This document shows, piece after piece, positions 1 through 12,932 of a stretch of DNA of 64,000 bases; the first letter of the stretch is position 1, and each line of letters starts with the position of its first letter. Origin of the DNA: Octopus sinensis (taxonomy: Eukaryota); NCBI RefSeq assembly GCF_006345805.1, contig NC_043009.1:22382001-22446000 (forward strand). The letters run 5' to 3'. The notes under the pieces were generated by a model. The model worked only from the letters and a program-made list of their open reading frames with translations, made no database searches and was not told where the DNA came from. The translations under genes and the position numbers were made by a program.

Positions 1-577
1 CACACAAACACACACACACATAATGAATAATTTGTACGAAGTTATATAACTGCTAACCATTTCTTAGTAAAACATACACATATTTTTTGTGTGCAAATAC
101 ACACATGTGTATCTATAATGAAAAGCTTTTATTTTACACAAATATTGAAAACAAAACTGTTTTCCATTCTTATCTTTTCTATCAAGGATAATTTCCCCCC
201 ATATTTTTCTAAGAGATCCTTGCAGTTTATTGGAAAACAATAAAGTTCTCAAATCTGATATAAATATTTTTAGATTTTCTCAATCTCACCTTCTGGATGG
301 AGTGACATTGCTGCTTGTTGCTCCTGCTTCATAGTTAGGTAATGTCTGTGATTACAGCCAGAATTTGATTTATTTGAGCACATGGTGTTGAGTCGAACAC
401 TACTGTGGGCTACGGTCAGGAATTAAGTGTCCATGCAGAGACTCTATTCCAATGAATTCTAACAGCACCACTCTCAGCATTTGAACTAATGAAAAATCTT
501 CAGATTGGCAACAATAACGATGACTTTTAATACTGGGACAAACCGACTGTCTTGCAATGGAAAAGGAGCATATTTAA

Positions 578-798
578 TCCTTTAGCATTTAGATTATTCT
601 GTCAAATGTAATTTGTATATATTCATATTGTTTTTAATTAATCAGGCTTGGTCTTTCAGTTTCAATATTTTGTTGAAGTGAATGGTTATTTATAAAATGA
701 CATTGTAGAATACATGTGAGAGGCTGGAACTGGCCAATTTAAACATAAAACAGGCAGAATATTTGGGGTTGGATATGGCTGGTTTAAATCCTAAAGGG
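578..798. mobile_element. TTAA-flanked MITE (piggyBac-like ends); relatives at 14757-14972, 35774-35950, 59577-59705 and fragments at 60290-60500 and 60900-61020
   Basis: TTAA|(c/t)cctttagcatt...ctaaaggg|TTAA in several copies with shared interiors. Confidence 0.7.
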
Positions 799-1567
799 TT
801 AACCATAAAACAACCCCAGTACTTGATGAAGTTGACTCCTGTTGTTTTCTTTTGTCATTCATCTATTCAATAACATTGTATACTCTTTGCCGACCTGCTA
901 ACTTATAGAAAGTGTCTGAGGCAGAAAAAGACCAATAATTGACAGCTCTTTGCCATCGGACCTAACCAATACAATGGAGAATATTGAGTTCTTGTGTGAA
1001 GACATGTTGCCAAAAGGTTAGAGTAACAGACTCCCAATTGTAACATAATGAGTTGATTCCCAGCAGCACATTGAGTCCTTGAACAAGACTCTTTATTTCA
1101 CATTGCTCCAGTCCACTCAACTGGCAAAAATGAGAAGTACCTTATTTCAAAGGGCCAGCTTTGTCACATTCTGTGTAATGCTGAATCTCCGTGAGAACTA
1201 TGTTAAGGGTATGTGTGTCTGCGGAGTGCTCAGCCACTTGCAAGTTAATTTCACAAGCAGATGGTTCCGTTGATTGTATCAACCAGAACCTTTGTCGTTG
1301 TAATTGACATGTCAGTTTATATTGAGTCCTAACAACTGGAGATTGGTACCACTATCGTTAAGTGACATTGTCTTACACACACTCACAATGCATACTTACA
1401 GTCATTGGACTGTGGCCATGCTGGAGATACCTTGAAGGGTTTTAGTCAAACAAAAGCACTTACTCTATCGGTGTCTTTTGGTGAACTGCTAAGTTACAGG
1501 GACATAAACAAACCAATACTGGTTACCAAGTGGTAGGGTTTGATGTGACAAACACTGACACAAAGAC

Positions 1568-1600
<33 letters not shown>

Positions 1601-2981
1601 TATATATATATACACACACATATATATATACATATACACACACACACACACATATATACATGATGGTTTTCCACAGTTACCGTCTACCAAATTGCTCAAG
1701 AACACAACACACAGCCCAGTCCGGGAATCAAACTCACTATCTCATGATTGTGAGCTCAAAGTTCTAACCATTGATCCATGCGCCTTCACACGCAAACACA
1801 CACACACAAATCGGAAGGTCAGTGTTGTTTATATTCAATGTTTAAACAATGAAAATTCCATACAGCTTAAATGGCTTGCAGAGCCAGTTCACCAAGTCTT
1901 TCACTCATTTAAAATTACATGCGATGAGAGGCAAATACCATCTGAAACAATAGGATGCTAACCTATTGTAGAATTTTCTTCTATTTTCTTGTACTTAACT
2001 TCCTACTTGGTAAACAGACACAACACAAGACAGAATGAAGTCTCTTGACTAAGAAAGCAACACAATGCCAGTAGCAAGCAATACAACCGATATCATTTCA
2101 GAAAGCACCTAGTCACATCTGGCTATTTCTCTGCCAGAAATACAATCACAGTGATGGACAGCTATGGTATAATGGATCACAAATTTACACCAAGTGGCTG
2201 ATATTTCGTTGCTTCATTAGACAAAACACTTCACTCTTTTCGGCTTCCAACAATAAAGAGCACCACCGCCACCGTCATTCACCTTGCTTTTCTTACATAA
2301 GAAAAGTGGTGGGGAAGGAGAGAAAAAAAGAGTAGAAGAAAAGTACGGTGTTTTTAAGAACAAGAGAACCAGACGTATGATGACGTCAATTCATAGTCGA
2401 CAAAACATTAATGTAATTGACTTTTGGTGTTATCAGCAAAATGACTGGTCAATTTAAAGTCTAATCACACAACAGACGGCCAGTCCAACATAAATACATC
2501 ACCAGTTCGATGGCCTAAATGAGAGTTTTTTTTGTTTTTTTGGAATTCTTCAGCCCACTCCCTTATTGATCCGATCCATAATATTATGGAAGGAAGCAAG
2601 GAAAACCAAAAAACAATGGATGCCAAAAAATGAAAAAGTAAAAATTCTTGGAGCAACTAACTATAAATTATGATGATGCTGATAAGTAATCTGACTGGTA
2701 ACAGAAAAATGAATGGTCAGTAACCTTACTGATAATATATGAAATATTTATGGTGATAGAGGATTTAATAAAATCCACAGCTTAACGAGAATGGCAAGAG
2801 CTGTTAGTGATAATTCTATTGACAGTTGTGAAAAATTAAACAAAGAAAAAAAATTAATGAATAGAACCAAATATAAAAAAATAATAGAAATGTTTATTAC
2901 CCCCTCATCCCCTTTTGTCTGCAAGCACAAAACTAAAGACTATTTATTGGGCTGTATTGTATGCAGGTGGTTGACTTAATC

Positions 2982-3313
2982 CAGGGTTGTCAACCTTTTT
3001 TCCACCTATGAACTCCCTTATTTAATATTTTATTCTGGTGGACCATCATCCAAAGACATTTGGTGTTTAAAAACTAATTTTATAGACACTTCTTTAAGAA
3101 ATTCCTATTTTGTTTTTCACAAATTCACATGTATAAGTTGGGCTATCTAAAATGTTTGAGGAAGAAACCCAGCTGTTTCTTGCAATACATACATTTAAAT
3201 CAAACATTTTCATGGGCCCTTAAAATACTAGTGTGGCTCCCCTAGCATGGACCCATACCAAAAATCTTATATAGAGCCTCGAGGATCATATAGACCCTGG
3301 TTGAGAGTCACTG
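2982..3313. mobile_element. hAT-like MITE
   Basis: Termini cagggttgtcaacc / ggttgagagtcactg resemble Charlie/MER-type ends; imperfect 8-bp TSD acttaatc / attcaatc. Confidence 0.6.
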
Positions 3314-3594
3314 ATTCAATCCATTCACTGCTTGGTTTAAAACCACAACCTAGCACTTTGGGCACTCTGGGTGGGTATCCAAGGTTGTAGGTTGTTGGTT
3401 TGAGGATTACCTTCCTCCTTCTCTCTCTTTCCTACTCATCTAGGAGGCCCTGTATAGGGTCATGATTACTACATTTCCCCTCTGACTAAAAGGATTAGAA
3501 CAAAGAAGAATTTTCAACGATTGCAACAAAGAAAATATGTCCTACCTAAGCATTTTGTCTGGCCTACCAGTGATTCAGCCACCTTACCAGTTTC

Positions 3595-3630
<36 letters not shown>

Positions 3631-4531
3631 TTGGAAGTGTTATCATGTACATTGTTTTGTTTTGGTATAAAAGATGGGCTACAGCAAATATTCTGCTCAA
3701 TACCACAGATTTGCTTGTCAGTTGTTTGACCTTAACCAGTTGAGCATGTCCCTTAGTGGCTGACGATACGTGCATCTCTGATCACGAGCAGAAGTAGTTG
3801 GGGAGCATCATAGCCGTGCGTTGAAAGGAATTCTTTGGGGTTTGAATATTTCACCTCTGAAAACATGGGTGTTTCATTCAACATCCTTAAACAATCCTTA
3901 TTCAAGAACCTTTTGAGCAGGATGGGTTACTCGACCTGAAGAAAATTCTAACTGGGCCCCACCTGCAAGGTCATGTGCTGCTTATCTTGATATGAGATCA
4001 CCATGTCGTGCACATATGGTTGTGATGCATGTGCCTAGCGTACCCTTATCACACGGGTAGTCATGATGGGTATACTGGGCTTCGTATATATTACCCCAGT
4101 GTCACTTTGATGGCATGCACTGCTCTCTCATTCAATAATAATAATAATAATAATGGTTTTAAATTTTTCCACAAGTGCTGCAATTTTGGGGAAGGAGTTA
4201 ATTCAATTACATTGACCCCAGTGTTCAACTGGTACTTATTTTATCGACCCCGACAAGATGAAAGGCAAAGTTGACCTTGGCAGAATTTGAACTCAGAACA
4301 TAGCGGCAGACGAAATACTACTAAGCATTTCGTTTGGCGTGCTAACAATTCTGCCAGCTCATCCCCTTAATAATGATGAGGACGATGATGATGATGGCAA
4401 TCACAGTACAACACTAACAAAAGCATTGGCAATACAAACTGAATGTCAACAAGCAGAAACCTCTCTAACCAACACAGCAATGACCACCCCTTCAAACAAC
4501 AACAACAAACAACGATGGAGCAGCAACTTAC

Positions 4532-4679
4532 TTGAACAAGCGGTGACGTTTGAACAGATCAATGGCTTCGTAGATCCGATGGCAGGCCACAAGATATGTG
4601 ACAGCTTTGTGGTATTCGCCATCAGATTCCAGTTGATATGCGTAGTCTTCACACACTGTCAACCATGTCCCGTGTGATG
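4532..4679 (-). CDS. GEMIN5: GEMIN5 next coding exon (148 nt, phase 1 to 2): (A)SHGTWLTVCEDYAYQLESDGEYHKAVTYLVACHRIYEAIDLFKRHRLF(K)
   Basis: Acceptor ttcgtttag and donor AA|gtaagt. It joins the 47109 exon in frame (tta g|ca tca) and aligns without gaps to recalled human [49 protein letters not shown]. This frame is absent from the supplied ORF track. Confidence 0.92.
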
Positions 4680-5159
4680 CTAAACGAATTAGACAACAAT
4701 AAATCATTATTTATTTTTTTTTGCAGCAAAAAAAAACATTTATTTTTTGTTAATTTAAATTTTGTATTTACTTATTTTTTTTATGTGTGTGTTTATGCGT
4801 GAGTGTGTCTCAGTTATATGTGTTTGTATGTCATTATGTGTGCACGTGCATGTGGTCCTAATAACTATTATTAACGCATACACCCACTCGTCACGTACAA
4901 TTAGTTTTTTTTTGGTTTTGTAATTTCCGTCATTTTTCAATCACCTGTTTATTTGTATACATCTGTGTGCGTATGTACATATAGGTATGTATGTATTTCA
5001 CATTTTATTTTAGGCTTTTTACTCTTTTGCTAATTAAAAAATTGTAAAGGTTTCATCGTTAATCTGAAAAATTGCCTTTTTATTTTATTTCTTTTTTTCA
5101 TAACAATTTAACATAGACCCTACTCCTTCATAACAATATGAGTGGGATAAACATTTCTT

Positions 5160-5191
<32 letters not shown>

Positions 5192-6099
5192 GGCTTAGTG
5201 GTTATGGTATTACAAACATGAGCTAGTGATCATGATTTCAATTCCTAGACTGGGTAGTGCATTGTGTTCTTGAGCAAAACACTTCATCTCACGTTGCCCT
5301 GCAATCACTTCAACACCTGACCCATGGTACACCTGTGCACACCTGTTCAGACAATGTTGATTTGATGGAGAGAATGAGCTAATGTGCAGCAGCACGAATA
5401 TTTGATCACTATAAACAAATCATTTGTGCAGCTTGTTTGGCCAAAGCTGAATGCTCAGATGTCGTCTTTGACAAGAGAGTCCATCGTTGCTATTCTTCTT
5501 ATCATTAGAAAGGCGACAAGCTGGCAGAATGGCAGAATTGTTACCAAAGAAAAATGCTTAGCAGCATTTCTTTCAACTTTTACATTCAGTGTTCAAATAC
5601 TGCCAGTGTCAACTTTGCCTTTCGTCCTTTCGGGGCATAAGGCTTGAAACTGACCCCACTATGTGACTGGTACTTCACTCTATTGATCCTTTCCCTCTGG
5701 AACAATGAATGGTCACACTTGTTGAGATTTGAAATCTGAAAGTATAGGTTTGTAACAAATACCACAAGGCATTTTGTCTAATGCTTTACCTGTTCTACCA
5801 AACAACAACATAGTATTTGAGTAGTTCCTGGCACCAGAGTAATCAATCCAGGGCTTAGAAACATATCTCCAAGTGGATTAAAGAATTCAATTAATTAAGC
5901 AATAAGAATTCTAGTCACAGTGAAGTTGGTTTGTAGAATGACCTCCATTTGTTTTAATGTCTGTTTTTCTATGCTGGCATGAATTGAAAGAGGATGTATT
6001 TGAGGCAGGATTTTAAAGCCATGTGTGTTTCCTTGAAACATATAAGGTTTTTGAAAGTGCAGAGCAATTGGTCATTATGTTTTGCTCAAGCAAGCACAA

Positions 6100-6132
<33 letters not shown>

Positions 6133-6496
6133 GATGATGGTTTCCTACAGCTCCTATTAATGAAATTCACTCACAAGGCATTGGTTGGCCTGGGACTGAA
6201 ATAGAGACACTTGTTCAAGATAGTGTATAGCAGGACAATTGCAAAAAAATGAAACTACAAAAAATCCACAAAGAATAACCCCAGCTGTTAGTGTTGAGTG
6301 TAGAGTGTGGGAGCATATTAATGTTGGCATCAAGTGGTGTTTTAATTAAGTTACAGCTAAGGTATAGACATATTGACTGTCTTATATCAACACAACCTTA
6401 GGCTCTCTCTGTCACACATACAGTGAAATACACAGACACACACTGGCTCTTCTGTTGCACACACACACACAATATGTATGTGTATGCGTGTTTGTA

Positions 6497-6838
6497 TGTT
6501 GAGACCCCCTTCGGTCATCACTGACTGTGGGATTGCACCTAGAAAGTTACCCTCCCAGGCACAAGTCCGGACAAGGTTGTGTATGGAAAACCAGCAGTCG
6601 CCCATGCATACCCACCTCCCCTCTCCATGCCACCAGTGTTATCCAAGGGAAAGGCACAAGGGCCGATACAGCTTGGCACTTGTGACATCAGAACTCATTT
6701 CTACAGCTGAGTGAACAGGAGCAATGTGAAATATAGTGTCTTGCTCAAGAACACAACACAGAGCCCGGTCCGGGATTCGAGCCCACAACCTCACGATCGT
6801 AAGCTTGATTCTCTAACCACTGAGCCATACACCTTCAC
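6497..6838 (-). mobile_element. tRNA(Arg)-like, CORE-like SINE family D; other copies at 11346-11662(-), 15245-15482(-) and 22378-22655(-), with related subfamilies at 965-1300(+) and 5190-5435(+)
   Basis: Minus-strand head with tggctcagtggttagag...acgatcgtgaggttgtg..ctcgaatccc followed by ttgtgttcttgagcaagacact. Confidence 0.75.
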
Positions 6839-7950
6839 TTGTTTATATGTACTCACACACATAAAGAGGTGTAAAAATTTCTGTGACACAAAGAAGTATT
6901 CTTGACCCTGATTTCATAACATTAAGCAGACGAAAGACAAGTCTTCCCATGGATACAACAGTAAAATATCACAGATAAATTTTACCAGAAGTTTCGATAG
7001 CAATTAACATAAGAGTAACTTATAGACTGTTGTGACTGGTCTATACTGCAACATATGTGATTCATTTGAAACCAAGATCAGTGTGGTAAACCTAATCCTT
7101 TCTACTATAGGCACAAGGCCTGAATTTAGTGGGAGGGACCTGGTTGATTAGATCGACTCCAGTAAGCAACTAGTACTTAATTTACCGACCCCAAAAGGAT
7201 GAAAGGCAAAGTCAACCTCGGCAGAATTTGAACTCAATCTCAGTGGAATTTGAACCTGGTTTAGCACCATCACCTGGTCCTAGGGCTTACGCCCTTCACA
7301 AATATTGTCATTGTTGCTTCTTCCTTTTGTCTCTCCCGGATGTCTTGGAGATCCTTGCAAAAGGCTATGAGAACTGTTTTTCAGTATTTGACTGCAACTA
7401 GAGTAGTGAGCTGGCAGAATTGTTCGCATGCTGAGCGAACTGCTTAGCAGCATTTTGTCCTCCTCCTTGTTCAGAGGTTCAAATCCTGCTGCGGTCAACT
7501 TTGCCATTCATCCTTTCTGGGTCAATAAAATAAGTACCAGCTGAGCACTAGGGTCAATGTAATCCCCTTACTCCCTCCCTTGATGCTAATGACAGTCATT
7601 AGCATGCCAGGCAAAATGCCTATCAGCATTTTATTTGTCTTCATGTTCAGAGTTCAAATTCTCTCAAGGTCAACTTTGCCTTTCATCCTTCTTGAGTCCT
7701 GGGGAGGGGAGAGTCAATGTAATTTACTGACCCCATCCTCTGAAACTGCTGACCTTGTACCAAAAATTTGAACCCAGAATCTGATTGCAGCTGTAGCATG
7801 GTCAAGAGACTGAAACAATTAAAAGATGAAAGAGAACCACATAAGGCGGCTTTCCTCCTTATTCTTGGTTCACTATTTTCCTCCTACATCATCTTACAAG
7901 GCACCAAAGTTTTACGTTTTGTTGTGAGGTTGGGGACAGAGAGAGAGGAG

Positions 7951-8010
<60 letters not shown>

Positions 8011-8405
8011 AGAAAGTCAAAAGGGAAATTAAAACTTTTCATGCTTTTCTTTTCTCAAGTGTGTTATTAATTAGTACCAGCAAAATAGATTAGTTTCAAC
8101 TATGGAATGAAAAACCAAGCCTGTCAGAAGCTTCCGGCAGAGGAGGAGGGCTGCTCTATGTCATCTGCCAACCACATCCACCTCAACCTCCACCCACCCA
8201 ACAAAATGAATACATAAATAAGTAGGCAAAATAATTAACAGAAAATAATATTGAATGACACATTAATGCCGACTTGTCATTGTAATACCTGTTAATTAAT
8301 ATCTTTTACACGTGTGTATATTTAATGGAATTAGTACTACTTAATACTTAATTGTTTTTCCACTAAGTCACCTCCTCTGATATGCCTCTCTTTCCTCACC
8401 CCACT

Positions 8406-8441
<36 letters not shown>

Positions 8442-8902
8442 CCTTTCTACTATAGGCACAAGGCCTGGAATTTTGAAGGGAGAGGGCAAGTTGATTACAT
8501 CGACCCCAGTACTTGATTGGTACTTATTTCATTGACCCTGAATGGATAAAAGGCAAAGTTGACCTTGGTGAAATTTGAACTCAGAACGTAGGGGTGGACA
8601 AAATGCTACAAAGCATTTTGCCGGTGTGCTAACAATTCTGCCAGCACACCAACTTTAACAACAATAATAATAATAATAATAATAATAATAATTATTTCAA
8701 ATTTTTGCCACAAGCTTGTGGGAGGTGGAGATGAGTTGATTACATTGACCCCAGTGTTCAGCGGGTACCTATTTTATCAACCCTGAAAGGATAAAAGGTA
8801 AAGTCGACCTTGGCGGAATTTGAACTCAGAACGTAGAGATGGGTGAAATACCACTAAGCATTTTGCCTGGCATGCTAATGAGTCTGCCAGCTCATCAACT
8901 TA

Positions 8903-8931
<29 letters not shown>

Positions 8932-8933
<2 letters not shown>

Positions 8934-9488
8934 GCCCTGATGCAGTACCAGGCAGTGGCTCTCATGGCTTCTGATCTTAACTGATTGGAAGTGTTATCAT
9001 GTACATTGTTTTGTCTTGGTATAAAAGATGGGCTACAGCAAATATTCTGCTCAATACCACAGATTTGCTTGTCAGTTGTTTGACTTTAACCAGTTGAGCA
9101 TGTCCCTTAGTGGCTGATGATATGTGCATCTCTGATCACGAGCAGAAGTAGTGGGGGAGCATCATAGCCATGTGTTGAGAGGAATTCTTTGGGGTTTGAA
9201 TAATTCACCTCTGGAAACATGGGTGTTTCGTTCAACATCCTTAAACAACCCTTATTCAGGGACCTTTCGAGTGGGATGGGTTACTCAATTGAAGAAAATT
9301 CTAACTGGGCCCCACCTGCAAGGTCATGTGCTGTTTATTTTGATATGAGATCACCATGTTGCGCACATATGGTTGTGATGCATGTGCCTAGTGTACCCTT
9401 ATCAGACGGGTAGTCATGATGGGTATACTGGTTTTCGTATATTTTACCCCAGTGTCACTTTGATGGCATGCACTGCTCTCTCACTCAA
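8932..9488 (-). mobile_element. About 555-bp interspersed repeat flanked by (TAA)n, no tRNA head; second copy at 3631-4134
   Basis: The two copies are collinear and share the same right boundary (tgctctctca.tcaa). The 3631 copy lacks the leftmost about 55 bp. Confidence 0.8.
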
Positions 9489-11220
9489 TAATAATAATAA
9501 TAATAATAATAATAATCCTTTCTACTATAGGCACAATACCTGAAATTTGTGTGTGTGGGGGTGGGGGGTGGGGGAATAAGTTGATTACATCAACCCCAAT
9601 ATATAACTGGTAATTATTTCATAGACCCCCAAAAGCATGAAAGAAAGTCAACCTCAGCAAAATAATAGTAATATTAATGATGATGATATTTTTTTTCCTG
9701 CTAGAGGAACAAGGCCTGAAATTTTGGTGGAAGGAGGCATGTCAATTACATCAACCTCAGCATCCAGCTGGTAGCAATTTTATTGCCCCTGAGAGGGTGA
9801 AAGGCAAAGCTGACCTTGATGGAGTTTGAACCCAGAATGTAAAGAACTGAAAGAAATGCTGCTAAGCATTTTACCTGGCATGTTAATGATTCTGATAGCT
9901 CACTGCCCTTATGATGATGATGATAATAATAATGCTTTAACTTGTTTCAGTCATTTGACTGTGGCCATGCTGGAGCACCGCCTTTAGTCGACCTGAGGCT
10001 ATAGTAGAAGACACTTGCCCAAGGCCCACACAGTGGGACTGAACCCGGAACCATGTGGTTCGCAATAATCTTTTCTACTCTAGGCACAAGGCCTGAAATT
10101 TTTGAGGAGGGGACCAGTCAATTAACTAGTACTTAATTTATTGATCCCGAAAGAATGAAAGGCAAAGTCGATCTTGGCAGTATTTGAACTCGTAAAGACA
10201 GATGAAATACCACTAAGCAGTTTGTCTGGTGTGCTAACGTTTCTACCAGCTTGTTGCCTTATAAAATAATAATAATAAAATGATAATGATAATGATGATG
10301 ATTACGATGATGACACTAATACGACTTACTAAAAATAACCATAATAGGGTCATTATGGTTTCATAGGAATTTTCACAACTTTAGAACAAGAAATCAGACA
10401 TGTCAAATAAGGAGGTGAAGTCTTCTTCCCGACTTTTTACTCCACCACTTCTTAATTAAGTAAATTAGAATACCCTTCATTACTAAAACAAAAACAAACA
10501 AAAAAAAATCCCAAAGTGCAAAACTTCATTAGTGAATGCAGTAATTAACTGTTATCTGAACAATCTGGCTGGACTTTTTCACAATGTCACAAAAAGTAGT
10601 TGTTTTTATATTTTTTCCAAGTTTGTTTGTTTCTTAAAAAAAATTCTTTTTTAATTAAAGAAGTAATAAGTTGCTTTCTTTTTTTTTTTTTCTTTGAGCA
10701 ATCTTTACATTTGGTTTCTCTTTCCTTGTTAATACCACCACCATCACCACTCTTACTACTTCCACTACCACTGCTACTTTTACAGTAGCAGCACTACCAC
10801 AACCACCACCACCACTATCTTGAATGTCATTTATGTTTTTTGGTGCAAGCACGGCTCGGGGAGGTTTGCAACACCAGTAATCAACCATGCACACGATTTA
10901 CTTGAGTTTACAGCTGAAGAATTGGGTTGGGTGAGTTTGCAAATTTACATATTGGTACAAACTAGGACAGCAAGCAATTCCCTTTGTTTTGCTTTCTTGT
11001 CATTTCAGTTAGATGCAGGGAAATACCTACGATTAACAGTTCCATTAATTATGGGCTGAAACTAATTAAGGTTCCTCTTATGATATTCCCATCATTATAG
11101 CACTTACAATTGATATTACTATGAGAAGCGATATATAATAATACTTAGGATTTAAGACAGAGTCTTCAAGTATAATTCCATCTGATCCATGCAGGCATGG
11201 AAAAGCAGACATAAAGAGGT

Positions 11221-11277
<57 letters not shown>

Positions 11278-11677
11278 ATGTGTGTGTATATATATATAGC
11301 ATGGAAAGCGGACATTAAACGACAATGATGATGAAATAATCACCCCTTCAGTCATGAATGCCTATGGGATTGCACCCAGGAAGTTCCCCTCTAAGGCACA
11401 TATCCTGGCAAGGTTGTTTATGGAAGACAAGCAGTTGCCCATGCATACCAGCCTCCCCTTTTCATGCTACTTGTGTTATCCAAGAGAAAAGCAAAGGATG
11501 ATACAGCTAAGCACCAGTGATATCACAACTCATTTCTACAGCTGAGGCAACTGGAGCAACATAAAATAAAGTGTCTTCTCAGGAGCACAACACATAGTTC
11601 AGTCTGGGAATCAAACTCACTACATCATGATTGTAAGCCCAATGCTCTAAACAATGAGCCATGGGCCTTTTACCCTT

Positions 11678-11715
<38 letters not shown>

Positions 11716-12712
11716 TGGCAAGGGAATAGGAATTAAGTAATCATCTTCACTAGCTTACAGCTGTTTCACCTGTAAGTTTATAAAGTTGATTACATAATTC
11801 TTGTTCCCTTGTCATTCATTAATTAATACCATGCTCTGCACTCACCTAAATAACGCTCTACTCTAAAGCATACGAATACTGAATTCTAACAACTAGTTTT
11901 AGTATTGCTATGCCTAAGTGAAATCAGGCATGGCTGTGTGGTAAGAAGCCTGCTTCCCAATCACATGGTTCTGGGTTCAATCCCACTGTATGGCACCTCG
12001 GGCAAGTGTCTTCTACAACAGCTTCCGGATAACCAAAGTCTTGTGAGGGAAACTGAAAAAAACTGTTCTATGTGTGTCTTTGTTTGTCCCCCACTACTGC
12101 TTGACAACTGATGTTGGTGTATTTATGTCCCTGTTTCCAAGTTGTTCGGTGAACAGAACCAAAAGAATAAGAACCGGGCCTTAAAAAAAATATTGGGGTT
12201 GAGTTGTTCTACTAATATCCTTCAAGGTGGTACCCCAGCATGGCCACAGTCAAATGACTGAAACAAGATGAAAGAGAAGTATATATACATGCATGTGTGT
12301 ATACACACACTCCACACAACGTAATGTGTATATTTAACCAGATAAAACAAATAAGGCGGACACTAAAACCAATCTGAAGGATTATGAATTCAAATCATGT
12401 GTTTTCATCATAGGAGCTGTAGCCTATTTCCTAAGCAAGGATTATTTAGCTTAACAGCTTCTTGTCCTAATCCACATGTATCCTAATCTCTAGATTTTCC
12501 CATGTGCACAGCTTAATTCATCACATTGGCAATGATCTTAATAACTTAAACTACTGAGTTTTGTTGTGAGATCAAACCCTGCTCTCTTCTTATTGTCTTG
12601 TGCATCCACCTCGACTCTTTTATTGGTTTTTTTCCCCCAAATATTGGAATGAGGCCATCACGGGGCACCACTTCGAAGGGCTTTGGTCAATGGAACAGAG
12701 TTCATTACTTAA

Positions 12713-12932
12713 CCCTTTCATTACCAACCCAGCTGAAACCAGTTATGGCTCTGAGTACAAATGTCTTGTTTTCATAAGTTTTGAATTAAAATCTTCCACC
12801 AAACCTTAGTCACAATTTATGTTCCTAACACCAGCTTAATGATAACTAAGTTCTTTTACTAAATTCTTTGTTATATTTAAAATAATTGAAAGAAACACAG
12901 AGCATCTCAAAATAAATACAGTAACGAAAGGG
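12713..12932. mobile_element. Second TTAA-flanked MITE family
   Basis: TTAA|ccctttcattac...gtaacgaaaggg|TTAA. Confidence 0.65.

Noticed and set aside
2381-2388. Perfect CRE palindrome TGACGTCA as a promoter element
   Set aside because: A single 8-mer is about what chance predicts in 64 kb, and there is no TSS evidence.
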